A DNA stretch of 64,000 nt from Octopus vulgaris (taxonomy: Eukaryota): the NCBI GenBank assembly GCA_951406725.2, contig OX597825.1:46438001-46502000 (forward strand). The letters are read 5' to 3'. This document shows, piece by piece, positions 28,038-40,100 of the stretch. A model generated the notes under the pieces. It did not search any database. It was not told where the DNA came from and worked only from the letters and a program-made list of their open reading frames with translations. Within the stretch, counting starts at the first letter, position 1. The number at the start of each line of letters is the position of its first letter. The translations under genes and the position numbers were made by a program.

Positions 28038-28113
28038 TTGGGACAATTGTTTCGCTATCAATGAATTAAATGTAATATTACTTACAATAATCCATTTGTA
28101 GCTCGTCAGCCAA
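28038..28113 (-). ncRNA. Type I hammerhead ribozyme (copy 2)
   Basis: Same motif, 533 bp further along. Confidence 0.85.
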
Positions 28114-28569
28114 GACTATCTGGATGAAATCCACTCAATCACACGCCAGATTTTACCATAACGATAAATACGCGTGTGGTTCAATTGATTACATCCGACG
28201 TTATAATTCAAATGCCCCAACCAACAGCGCGCCAAACTCTCACGGAAAACAAATACAGCATTTAGAAATAAATGCAGCATAATTATAATTAATTAATAAG
28301 GGTGAGAGAATTAGATACTAATTTAATAGTATATTTATTCCACACCAAGTGGCCTAGTGCAACAGAAACCTGGATTATTATAATATTTTATAACATATTA
28401 TAATATTTTCACAAAATAAATATAAGAGAGTGGTCACTATATTGATCACTCTAGCACCAGTTAATCCAAAAGGTTTCAACCACGAAAATACATGTTTCCC
28501 ATGAAAGCCAGTACGACTGTTAGCTCACACGGACAGGGCAAATAAAAAATAACAAAAATACAGATTATT

Positions 28570-28645
28570 TTGGGACAATTGTTTCGCTATCAATGAATTA
28601 AATGTAATATTACTTACAATAATCCATTTGTAGCTCGTCAGCCAA
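28570..28645 (-). ncRNA. Type I hammerhead ribozyme (copy 3)
   Basis: Same motif in the third unit. Confidence 0.85.
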
Positions 28646-29339
28646 GACTATCTGGATGAAATCCACTCAATCACACGCCAGATTTTACCATAACGATAAA
28701 TACGCGTGTGGTTCAATTGATTACATCCGACGTTATAATTCAAATGCCCCAACCAACAGCGCGCCAAACTCTCACGGAAAACAAATACAGCATTTAGAAA
28801 TAAATGCAGCATAATTATAATTAATTAATAAGGGTGAGAGAATTAGATACTAATTTAATAGTATATTTATTCCACACCAAGTGGCCTAGTGCTACGAGAA
28901 ACCTGGATTATTATAATATTTTATAACATATTATAATATACTGGCTTTCATGGGAAACATGTATTTTCGTGGTTGAAACCTTTTGGATTAACTGGTGCTA
29001 GAGTGATCAATATAATGACAACTCTCTTATATTTATTTTGTGAAAATATTATAATATGTTATAAAATATTATAATAATCCAGGTTTCTCGTAGCACTAGG
29101 CCACTTGGTGTGGAATAAATATACTATTAAATTAGTATCTAATTCTCTCACCCTTATTAATTAATTATAATTATGCTGCATTTATTTCTAAATGCTGTAT
29201 TTGTTTTCCGTGAGAGTTTGGCGCGCTGTTGGTTGGGGCATTTGAATTATAACGTCGGATGTAATCAATTGAACCACACGCGTATTTATCGTTATGGTAA
29301 AATCTGGCGTGTGATTGAGTGGATTTCATCCAGATAGTC

Positions 29340-29415
29340 TTGGCTGACGAGCTACAAATGGATTATTGTAAGTAATATTACATTTAATTCATTGATAGCG
29401 AAACAATTGTCCCAA
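29340..29415 (+). ncRNA. Type I hammerhead ribozyme (copy 4)
   Basis: Stem I TTGG 29340/CCAA 29412; core CTGACGA 29344-29350; stem II GCTA/TAGC with long extension; GAAA 29400; stem III AC-AATT-GT; cleavage triplet GTC ending 29411. Confidence 0.88.
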
Positions 29416-29872
29416 AATAATCTGTATTTTTGTTATTTTTTATTTGCCCTGTCCGTGTGAGCTAACAGTCGTACTGGCTTTCATGGGAAACATGTATTTT
29501 CGTGGTTGAAACCTTTTGGATTAACTGGTGCTAGAGTGATCAATATAGTGACCACTCTCTTATATTTATTTTGTGAAAATATTATAATATGTTATAAAAT
29601 ATTATAATAATCCAGGTTTCTCGTAGCACTAGGCCACTTGGTGTGGAATAAATATACTATTAAATTAGTATCTAATTCTCTCACCCTTATTAATTAATTA
29701 TAATTATGCTGCATTTATTTCTAAATGCTGTATTTGTTTTCCGTGACAGTTTGGCGCGCTGTTGGTTGGGGCATTTGAATTATAACGTCGGATGTAATCA
29801 ATTGAACCACACGCGTATTTATCGTTATGGTAAAATCTGGCGTGTGATTGAGTGGATTTCATCCAGATAGTC

Positions 29873-29948
29873 TTGGCTGACGAGCTACAAATGGATTATT
29901 GTAAGTAATATTACATTTAATTCATTGATAGCGAAACAATTGTCCCAA
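29873..29948 (+). ncRNA. Type I hammerhead ribozyme (copy 5)
   Basis: Identical motif, CTGACGA at 29877. Confidence 0.88.
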
Positions 29949-30405
29949 AATAATCTGTATTTTTGTTATTTTTTATTTGCCCTGTCCGTGTGAGCTAACA
30001 GTCGTACTGGCTTTCATGGGAAACATGTATTTTCGTGGTTGAAACCTTTTGGATTAACTGGTGCTAGAGTGATCAATATAGTGACCACTCTCTTATATTT
30101 ATTTTGTGAAAATATTATAATATGTTATAAAATATTATAATAATCCAGGTTTCTCGTAGCACTAGGCCACTTGGTGTGGAATAAATATACTATTAAATTA
30201 GTATCTAATTCTCTCACCCTTATTAATTAATTATAATTATGCTGCATTTATTTCTAAATGCTGTATTTGTTTTCCGTGACAGTTTGGCGCGCTGTTGGTT
30301 GGGGCATTTGAATTATAACGTCGGATGTAATCAATTGAACCACACGCGTATTTATCGTTATGGTAAAATCTGGCGTGTGATTGAGTGGATTTCATCCAGA
30401 TAGTC

Positions 30406-30481
30406 TTGGCTGACGAGCTACAAATGGATTATTGTAAGTAATATTACATTTAATTCATTGATAGCGAAACAATTGTCCCAA
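30406..30481 (+). ncRNA. Type I hammerhead ribozyme (copy 6)
   Basis: Identical motif, CTGACGA at 30410. Confidence 0.88.
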
Positions 30482-30660
30482 AATAATCTGTATTTTTGTT
30501 ATTTTTTATTTGCCCTGTCCGTGTGAGCTAACAGTCGTACTGGCTTTCATGGGAAACATGTATTTTCGTGGTTGAAACCTTTTGGATTAACTGGTGCTAG
30601 AGTGATCAATATAGTGACCACTCTCTTATATTTATTTTATATATATATATATATATATAT

Positions 30661-33636
30661 TGATCGATTGATTCTAGTTTCAGCTTATGAGCTGTGGCCA
30701 TGCTGGGGCACCGCCATTTGGTGTTGCTACTTCGTTTCACTTCATGAAGGCTTTCTAGCAACTGCTATTTGGTGCATGAGAGAGTTCGATGCAGCTGCCC
30801 TCATCTTCCCCTCCTGCCGTGAAGTTGGTTCATCTGGGACACCTGACAGGAAGAGATCCAGCTTCATTTTAAAGACATCTGTATCCACCCCATGCAGGTC
30901 TCTCAGGTTCTTCGGGAGGATATTGAAGAGCTGTGGGCCTCGGAAGCCCAGGCTATCACAGAATCTTGTCCTACATCTTGATGGCAAGTTTGGAGTCCTA
31001 GGCACCACGCAGTGGCGCCCAGTTCTGGCATTTGCGTAACTCTCGATGCCAAAGTTCAGGACACTTCCCTCCAGGATCTTCCAGATGTATATTATGGCAT
31101 ATCTTTCCCGCCTACGCTCCAGGGAATATAGTTTTAATCTCTTGAGTCTTTCCCAGTAGCTTACATTCTGCATAGAGGCTATCTTCTTCATGTAGCTACG
31201 TTGGATCGCCTCGAGCTCTGTGATCAACTTGACACTGGATGGTGACCATAACTGAGAGCAGTAGTCAAAGTGGCTTAGGACAAGTGTCTTCCAGAGGACC
31301 ATCATGGTTTCTTGTTCTCTTGTTCTAAAGGTTCTGAGGATCCATCCGGCCAGTCGTCTACATTTAGCAACATGTACACGAAAGGTCGCGTCATCACTCA
31401 TGTAAATACCTAGGTCATGCACTGATTGTGCCTCTGGGATTGCTATTCCTCCGGGTCCAGTGTATTCATTGGGTATTGCATTTAGTTTTGCATGCTGATA
31501 GTATAGAGCTTGAAACTTTTCAGCATTGAACTGCATGCTATTCTTTTCGGCCCACTTGTATATTTTGTCTAGCTCACATTGCAGGTGTTTAGTGTCCTCA
31601 GGGTTCTGTATTGCCTGTGAAAATTTTGTATCATCTGCATAACTTGTGATCGTGGCTCTCTGCGTGGCTGAGGGCATGTCTGAGAGGGCCATTATGAACA
31701 GTAGTGGTCCCAGAACAGTGCCCTGCGGAACACCGCTCACTATTTGCATGTTAATGGAAGTGGCCCCATTGGCCACTACCACCTGATTTCTATCTTTCAG
31801 AAAGTCATGAAGCCATTCTCCCAGTTTTCCAACTATGTTGAGATCATGCAGTTTGTGACATATCATTCCATGATCGACTTTATCAAAGGCCTTTGCAAAG
31901 TCGAGATATATCACTTCCACATTTGAGTGGTTGAGCAGCCGTTTCAGCACCCAGTCATAGTGTTGTAGGAGCTGAGTTAAACAGCTTCTCCCTGGTCGGA
32001 AACCATGTTGGGTGTCGGGCAGCAAGTCATTCTCTTCAAGGAAGGTGATCAGCTTCCTTCTGACTATTCGTTCCATGACCTTGCTGATGTGTGAGGTCAG
32101 AGAGATAGGTCTATAGTTCTTGGCTTCCGCTCTGCTACCTCCTTTATGGATGGGGCATATTTTACCTTCCTTCAGCTTTCTTGGAAGTTTGCCAGCTGCA
32201 AGGAAGCTCTGAAAGAGGAACTGCAGTGGTCTTGCTAGGACTCTCTTACATACTTTTAGGAGGATTGCCGGGAATCCATCGGGGCCAGTAGCTGAGTCTG
32301 TTTTCATTTCATCTATAGTCTTTATTACATCGTCTTTCTTTATATCGATGTAATCTATCGTCGCCGCCTCTGATTTTATATCTGCAGTGGTAAAAAAGTC
32401 AGTTGGATTGGTGATTTGGAGATGCCCAAGGGGTGGAGTGAAAACACTCTTGAATTGCTCATTCAGTATTTCACTTACCCTCATTGGTTTTCCTGTAAGT
32501 GTGCCATCCTTTTCGAGGAGTGGCCCTATTCTACAGTGCACCGTAGCTGTTTCTTTGGCATACCTGTAGAAAGCTCTGGGGTTAGATTTTATGTTGTCTA
32601 TAGCCCAGGCTTCTTTGTCTGCTCTTTCCTTTTCATGGGAGAGTTGCAGACATTTTTCGATTTCCAACAGTTTTATTTTTAGGCGGGACTTTTCACTGCT
32701 TTCAATCTGTTTGTTTAGGCGATTTGAAAATTTTGTACGCCGCCTCATTAAAATTTTCCTCTCTCTAGGGATTTTGTTCTTGTGTACAGTGGCCTTTCTC
32801 TCTGGGACACATTTGTAGCATATGGCTTGCATTACAGACATGAATTGTTGAAGTTTCACGTCGATGTCTGGCGAGGAGAGACATTTAGGCTAGTTTTGTT
32901 TGAGGATCTCTTTCTCAATTTGTTTCCAGTTTGCCTTATGGTAGTTCAAGCTGGAAAGATTCTGGGGTTTCTTGTAGGCTGCATGTCCGTGCTCTCTTTT
33001 GGCCCGTACATGGTCAGCTCTATCATGTTGTGATCCGAGAGTAGTGTCGGTGTCACTTTCACATTATGGATGAGATCCATGTCATTTGTGAAGCAGAGAT
33101 CCAGTGTGTTACCTGCTCTGGTTGGTTGGAGTATTACCTGCTCCATGTACAGGGTGTTGATGAGGTTCAGGAGGGACCTCGCCTGTCCTCGTTCACATCT
33201 TGTCATTCCTGGGAGAGAAAGGCCCTCGGGCCATCTGACATTGGGCAGATTGAAGTCTCCCATAAGAAGTACACTTATGTGTTGTTCTAATGTGGTTAGA
33301 ACTTCTTCTATTTTTATAAGGCAGTCTTCAAACTTGCCCACATGGCTTGGGGCATCTGGAGGGCAATATGTAGCACACACAACTACATCAAGTTGCCTAA
33401 TATGTACAATTAGTGTGTCACACACCGAGTTTGAGTATGACAAGAGGACCTGGGGTGTGAGGTCCTCACGGATGTACATAGCAACACCTCCATGACTCCT
33501 TTCTTTCCTGTCGGTCCGTAGTACAGCATACTGTGGTATGTGTAACTCCGCATCTGCTATATCCGGTTTCAGGTGCGTTTCCGTTAGTGCTATGCATAAG
33601 GCTTGATTGCATGCAACAAAATCTCTCAGGAACGGG

Positions 33637-33640
<4 letters not shown>
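30661..33640 (-). mobile_element. CR1/L2-group LINE, 5'-truncated within the APE endonuclease; ORF2 broken near 32860-32950
   Basis: ORF 32946-33479 has APE motifs (MGDFNLP, TLDLCF, SDHN); ORF 30742-32859 has RT motifs (YRPISLTS, QHGFR, YLDFAKAFDKV, GVPQGTVLGP, YADD); flanked by (TA)n on both sides. Confidence 0.92.
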
Positions 33641-33670
<30 letters not shown>

Positions 33671-33674
<4 letters not shown>

Positions 33675-34067
33675 GAAATATTAAAATTATTAAGTCTCTC
33701 TAAAGGAGATTATGGCAGCGTTACTGGAAATTAATAGTTATCGCCATACTAATATGGCAGTCTTATAAATATAAGACTAAAGCTGTTGCTGATTAGCTCC
33801 ATGAGGCCACCGCCTCAAGCTAGCTATTTGACACACAAACTGCGTCCATTATAAACCTTCGAACAGGGGAGGTCAGCCGCTTCATCCTGCCAGTCAGACA
33901 GCTGCAGACATGTTTCAGGGTATTTGCCCTTTATCAATGCAGCGTAGTCAGACCCAGCAGGTGTCGCTACTGACTGTCCCTGTTCGAAGAATCTATTTAC
34001 CTAGTTTCAGTGGAATACATCCACTTGTTTTCAATAATAGAAATATTCAAATTACTAAGTCTCTCTA
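33671..34067 (-). mobile_element. Small non-coding terminally redundant element (365-bp monomer) carrying a minimal hammerhead; Penelope or retrozyme-like
   Basis: AATAGAAATATT.AAATTA.TAAGTCTCTCTA at 33671 and 34036; adjacent (TA)n; related sequence at 40019-40100 and 41366-41455. Confidence 0.65.
33901..33943 (-). ncRNA. Minimal type I hammerhead ribozyme with U3:A8 variant core
   Basis: Minus strand: GCUGCA UUGAUAA AGGG caaaua CCCU GAAACAUGUC UGCAGC. Confidence 0.7.
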
Positions 34068-34429
34068 TATGGAGAGAGAGAGAGGAGGAGAAAGAGATAT
34101 ATATATATATATTATTATTATTATGATTATTGTTTTATAGGATTGACGTAACTCTTCACAAAGGTAAATAGACAATACGAAGTGTGCAATGTGATTGAAA
34201 TAGATTGTTTATTGGTTTAAATGATATTTCAACAGCTTACCTGTTTTTTCAAGTTCAAAATGTAAAATGAACACAGAAATTCAAATTCAAAAGTTTGAAT
34301 GAGGAGATCCTGCATTTGCACTTTAACGGGATGTTTTCTTTAGTCTTCAATTTTGCAAATGGCAAAAAGAAAAAGGAAGAAAAAAGAAAAAAGGAAAAGA
34401 AAGAAAAAAATAGAAACAAATATTTAGTT

Positions 34430-35210
34430 GAATAGTTTTGAGGATGTGTGTAGTACCTAGTAGTGCTATTTTCTGTATGTTATATATACTTGTTAGTCCT
34501 GCTGGTTTTGTTATGTATTTGTCTGAATATTTTGTTATCATACTTAATGTGCCTAGTATAATAGGAATTGTTTCTGTTTTTAGACTCCACATTCGAGTTA
34601 CCTCCATTTCCAGATCTTTGTATTTTGAAAGTTAATCTGTTTCTTTTAGATAAATATTGTCATCTGTTGGTATTGAATTAGAAAGCACTTTTTTTCTTCA
34701 TGATCTCTGACAACTACAGGGTGATTCAAAAGTCACCATACATAAGAATAATTTATTTTTTTTATAAGAAACAGTTTTTTTATTTAACTGTTTCTTATAA
34801 AAAAATAAAATTTTTCTATGTATGGTGACTTTTGAATCACCCTATATATCTAGCATATTGGCCTTAATTTCTCTATCTGAGTGTATTAACATATCCCATA
34901 GTATGGTTGCTTTCTCATTTCCTTTGACCTTTTTTTGGCATATGCCTATACCATCTTTTTCTTTTGTTATTCCATAGTGTTGACATAGCTTCCACTGTAT
35001 ATAGGTCCCAACTCTGTCATGTTTGTGAATACATTCCTTCTTAGCCAGGGACAATATGATTTATTGTATCCTGCAGTAACTAGTATTTCTTTTCATTACA
35101 TGTTTTTGGTAAACTTTGGTAATTTTTGGTGGGAAAACTTTGGTCTGTTGCTGTGATTAAAAATCCTTCAGTTTCTGCTTTGAGTCCAGAGCTTCTCAGC
35201 CATTGTTGAG
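34430..35210 (-). mobile_element. Dong/R4-type (RLE) non-LTR retrotransposon 3' fragment, family A
   Basis: HDRVGTYI, TILWDM, KTETIPIILGTL restriction-like endonuclease motifs; homologous to 53960-54650. Confidence 0.8.
34717..34844. mobile_element. Tc1/mariner-type MITE (~128-bp palindrome) inserted at TA
   Basis: TA|CAGGGTGATTCAAAAGTCACCATACATA ... TATGTATGGTGACTTTTGAATCACCCTA|TA; interrupts the RLE coding sequence. Confidence 0.85.
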
Positions 35211-35220
35211 ATTATTATTA

Positions 35221-35251
<31 letters not shown>

Positions 35252-37150
35252 ATGTTTGACTTTTGCTTTGTATTTGTACAAGTTGACTCCAAGTCGCCCC
35301 CAGTGACTGCAAGAGACAACAAGTTCAAAGTTCAAGTTGGTGTTATATCTAGGGTGTCATATATTTGGTTTTGCATATAGTATTGTTCTAGAGAATGTTT
35401 AAGAAAACATATGAAAATTATGAGTTTGTTTTAAAATTTGAGATTACATAGATAGTATTTTACTTAGGATATGGGCAGTTTCCATGAGTACTATCATTTG
35501 AATTTATACCATTTTGGGGTTTCCTAGTATCTGAGCCAGGTAAGGATCAGCCCCTTTTGCTATCATCCTAAGGCACCTATGACAACAGGTATTGTTTTAT
35601 TCATGAGGTTCCACATTTTGCCAATTTCTATTTCAAGATCTTTATACTTGCTCAGTTTTTGGTAGGCCTTGACAGATACATTTATGTCGATTGGGACAAC
35701 CATATCAATGAGGAGGCATGATTTTTGTCTGAAGTTTTTCAATATAATGTCTGGACTATTTGTATTTTTCTTTCTGTCAGTTTGAATGGTGACGTTCCAA
35801 AGGAGTGAGATGTGATCACATTCAAGCACTGGAAGTGGCTTGTGTTCCCACCAGCTTTTATCATGGGGCAGGTCCAGGTTTTTGAAAATTACCCAGTGAA
35901 TATATATTGTGCTGCTCTATCATGCCTGTTGAGATACTCTGAAGATGCAAGAAGGTTGCACATGGAGACAACATGATCAGTGGTTTCATTTTGTTGTTTA
36001 CATACACAGCATGTTGGGCTACTTCCTGGTATGTTGGCCTGGTAGCTCTTTGTAGGTAAGCATTGATCTTAGGCTGCTGTGATAAACCCTTCTGTTTCTG
36101 ATTTTAAGTGAGAAGATACTATGCGTTAATGGGTAAGGGCTTTGTCAACATTGGCATCATTAGCTCTCTTTGGGTATTTGCCATAGAGAGGTTTTTCTTG
36201 CCATTTATCAATATGAATGTCTAAGGTAGTAGTTTTAGTACGGGTTTTCATATGCTTAGTTTTTTCTGTGCTTGTTTCTTGTATGACTAATTCTGGGATA
36301 TTTTGTATTTGGAATTCACTTAGATATTCCTTTGCTTGTTTTGCTACTGAGTATGATGCTTTCTTGTTTTCATGCTTTAAGATAAGTTTTAACATCCAGT
36401 TATCAGAGTTTTTCAGGTAGGTGTTTAAGCCAATTGTGGCAATCTTCATTGTTGATTCCAGTTGTAAAAGTTCATGGCCACACTCTTTTCTTTGCAAGTA
36501 AGGTCGTTCTATATCTGCCTTAGGGTAGTGCATTCTATGCATTGTCAACAATTTTCGTATTTTTCTGTTAAGATTACATATTTCAGTACTTGATCAGTTA
36601 ATGATATTAAAACTGTAAGTCGCGACTGGTATGGCTAAAGTATTGATCACTTCAATCCTGTTTCTTGCATTCAGCTCTGTTTTGAGTATTGCCCTTACTC
36701 TGTGATAACATTCTCTTATGATCTTTTCTCTCATCATTGCATGTTTGATTCCATCACCTTCAAATACCCCCAGATATTTGTAGCTCTCCGTTTGTTCTAA
36801 CTCCTTTATGACATTCTTCTGGTCAAGATTAATGTTGGATGTTTCTGTAATTTTTTCCTTTGATAAAGGTAGCTTTTGCACATTTATTGAGGCTAAAGTG
36901 CATCCTGGTGTCATCCTGATGACAAAGTGCATCCTGATGCATCCTGATGAATTGTTTAACAATCGCTAGTAAGCCCAGTAGTTGTTGGTCATTTTTTGTA
37001 AAGAGCTTTAAATTATCCATGTAAAAGAGATGATTTATATTTTTATCAAACATTTTATAGCCATATTATACATCATTGAGCGATTTCGAGAGAGGTATTA
37101 AGGCTAAACAAAAGAAGAGTGGTGATAGAGAGTTACCCTGGAAAATGCCA
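35210..37150 (-). mobile_element. Dong/R4-type non-LTR retrotransposon, family B, 5'-truncated, with (TAA)n tail
   Basis: RGIFQGNSLSPLFF, NHLFYMDNLKLF, YKYLG, KPLYGKY, SPDII, KYKDLEIE; (TTA)n at 35210-35250; homologous to 57640-58670. Confidence 0.85.
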
Positions 37151-38674
37151 CGTGAAATTCTTACATGTCCAGCATTGAGTAACAATAACATGAACCAATC
37201 ACGTAATACAACCATAGCCTTTAACTTGTCTGCAAATAGCACTACTTCATCCCTCTCTCTAACTAGTCATCTTAGAACAAGTAGCTGCAACTGCAGGTCT
37301 GGGACCGACTGCTCACTGCAAGCCTGATGCAGAAGATTCAACATGGTATACAAATGCACTGTCATGGGTAAGTACTTGCTGCATATAGAAACCTAGTTTC
37401 AAGCATTTGCAGAAGAATCTCTAAGCTTTCAGCCAATAGGGTCATCCCTATTGAAGATAATACAATGAGGCATTAGCGAGGAGCAGATTTCCTGAGAAGT
37501 TAGCATATATGGGCACAAAGAGGATCAGAAAGAGAAAAATAATCTGATTTAATCATCCATTTAACCTAGAAGTTTCTATCAAAATAGCTAGCAACTTCCA
37601 GTTGTTGGTCAAGAAACATTTCTCTGGGATCACAATTATTGTAAGCTTTTCAACTCATATAATATGGAGGTGAGCTTAGAAACATCACTTGTAACACTAC
37701 ATGTTACAACAAATACAAATATGCACACACACAGCCCCCAACCCCAATCTGTAATTCTCAAAATCCTACCAGCTGCCTGCTGGGAGGTTCATACCTCTCA
37801 AGGGTTGTCGTCTACAGATACACTCTCACACCAACCAATGGCATCACAAGAAACTGCATGGGCATGACAACCAGTGAGCTCAAGGAAAGTTACACACAGC
37901 ATATCCATTCCCTTAAATGCAGAGATAGACAGAATTCCCCTGCTTTGCTCTGCTTTGTCTTGAGATTTCACACACACACACAAACAAATACCAGTGGAAT
38001 ACACATGCTCCCAGGGGAAGGGGTTAGGTTATTTGCTATGTACAATTTTTGGGTTTAATCCATAAGCTTCTAAACACCATAGACAATCTAAGGGTATTAT
38101 AATTCATACCTTTACATCGTCTAGATGGGGAATAAGTAGTTAGACAAAAAAGTTATCAAGATTTAAAGGTGTGAAAGAATTAAGGTAGAGAATAAATATC
38201 CAGACAGACAAGTTATCTAGACATAAAGGTTAGCTATACAGAAAAGTTAGTTAGATAGAAGTGATTATAGGGGCTGAAGGGTCACGAATTCATATTACTA
38301 ATCAGGTTTTAATATTAAATGGAATAAGTTGTAAAGGATAGGGTACAGGGAGTAATGATGTCACCAAAGTTACAGTGGGGCTATTTAAAGGTATGGCTGA
38401 TCTAATGAACACACGAAACCCTAGGATCCCATTTATTATTAAGTTGTCATTATATTTGAATATTTCATACATCTCCATACAACATAGTCTACACCCATAT
38501 CAGCCATTTGTGTATGGTTGAACTCTATGCATTACATCTCACTTTATGCTAAATTTAATATTATTATCCTTGAGCTCCCAGTAGCACATAAGGATATGCT
38601 ACTGGCCTTATGTCTAAGTCTAAAAGATGAGAGGTGGTTTATGCAATCAGTTTTTCATATCTGTACAGCACCCT

Positions 38675-39828
38675 ATATAAATTTAAGGTTATTTACAATA
38701 TTACCTGGAAATGAAATAAAAAATGATAGCGCAACGGGTGTAAAAAATGTGTAGGAAACACATATGGAAACAAAAAAGCACACAAAGCAACTGGGTGGGT
38801 AGGTGGAGAGGACTTCGGAAAATTCACAAGATCCGAGTTTTTCCCTCATAACTTTTAGGAAAATGGGTTTTTTTGAATGACATTGTGTATAAATACCTTT
38901 TAAACGGCATGGATCCCTAATATGCTGCAAACCATTATTTCTGTTTGGAAAAAGGGTGGGTGGGTAGAACCGGAATTATTGGAAAATTTTTATCCTTTTA
39001 TTGATGAATGAATTACGGTGACCTAATATGCTCAATCTGCAATCTGGGATTAATATATCCAGTGATTTTAAAGAAGTATGCAAAAGATATTTTGCTTTAA
39101 TATTATACTTTTACTTGTTTCACACATACACAAACACTAACGTGATTTTTATAAGGATTTTGTATGATTCTTTCGCTCTTCTGTTCAGACTTAGTTACCA
39201 CTAATTTTTATAACTTCAGCATTTTCACTTATTATTCTTTTCAAACTTGTTTGAATTTTCAATCTAATGTAATCCACACTCTAGAAAACATATTTCTGCA
39301 AAATGTTATCTTAAAATATAGGTAAAGAAAGGTAGCTAATGCAGTTTCGCACCACACCTTCAAAAATGCATTTATTTGAAAAAATTTCTCTAGATTCCTA
39401 ATTATGGTAAAGGTGCACTTTTGCGGCACATTAGGCATCCGTAATGCACATCATTTGAAAGATATTTATATATAATTTCATTAAAAGATATTCATTTTCC
39501 TAAAAGTTACGAGGGAAAAAATTGGATCTTGTGAATTTTCCGAAAGTCCTCTCGCCACCCCAAGATTTTCCACATAAATTTCTTTATAATCATAATGTAT
39601 GCCTTTTGAAAGGTATTTATATAAAATTTCACTAAAAGATATTAATTTTCCTCAAAGTTATGGGTGAAAAACTCGGATCTTATGAATTTGTCAAAGTTCT
39701 CTCCCACCCACCCATTGTTTTACATGCATTTTTGTTTTCATATTCGTTTCCTACACATTTTTTTACACATGTTCCACTATTTTTAAAAATTTCATTTCTT
39801 GGTTAATATTGTAAGCATTTTAGTATAT
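38675..39828. mobile_element. Foldback or MITE-like element with long diverged terminal inverted repeats
   Basis: 38680-38900 (AAAAAATGTGTAGGAAAC...AATTCACAAGATCCGAGTTTT) is the reverse complement of 39605-39820; internal ~150-bp duplication 39455-39710; flanking direct repeat ATGGTTGA..TATGCATTA..CACTTTATGCTAAA at ~38513 and ~39826. Confidence 0.6.
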
Positions 39829-39987
39829 GGTTGAGCTTTATGCATTATATCCCACTTTATGCTAAAATTAAGGCACACCAATTAAGTGCACCACCAATTA
39901 TATAAAAAATAAAAGATATACATACATGCATACATACTTATATATATGTGTATATATGTGGGGTGCATGTGTGTGGATGTATATATA

Positions 39988-40022
<35 letters not shown>

Positions 40023-40100
40023 GAAATATTAAAATTACTAAGTCTTTCTAAGTCTCTGTTCGAAGGTTATAATGGACACAGTTTGTGTGTCAAATAGCTA

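Noticed and set aside
30742-32859. CR1 RT as a dedicated partner of the adjacent ribozyme array
   Set aside because: Separated by (TA)n, convergent orientation, 5'-truncated and no shared 3' sequence seen; independent insertion into the same microsatellite is simpler
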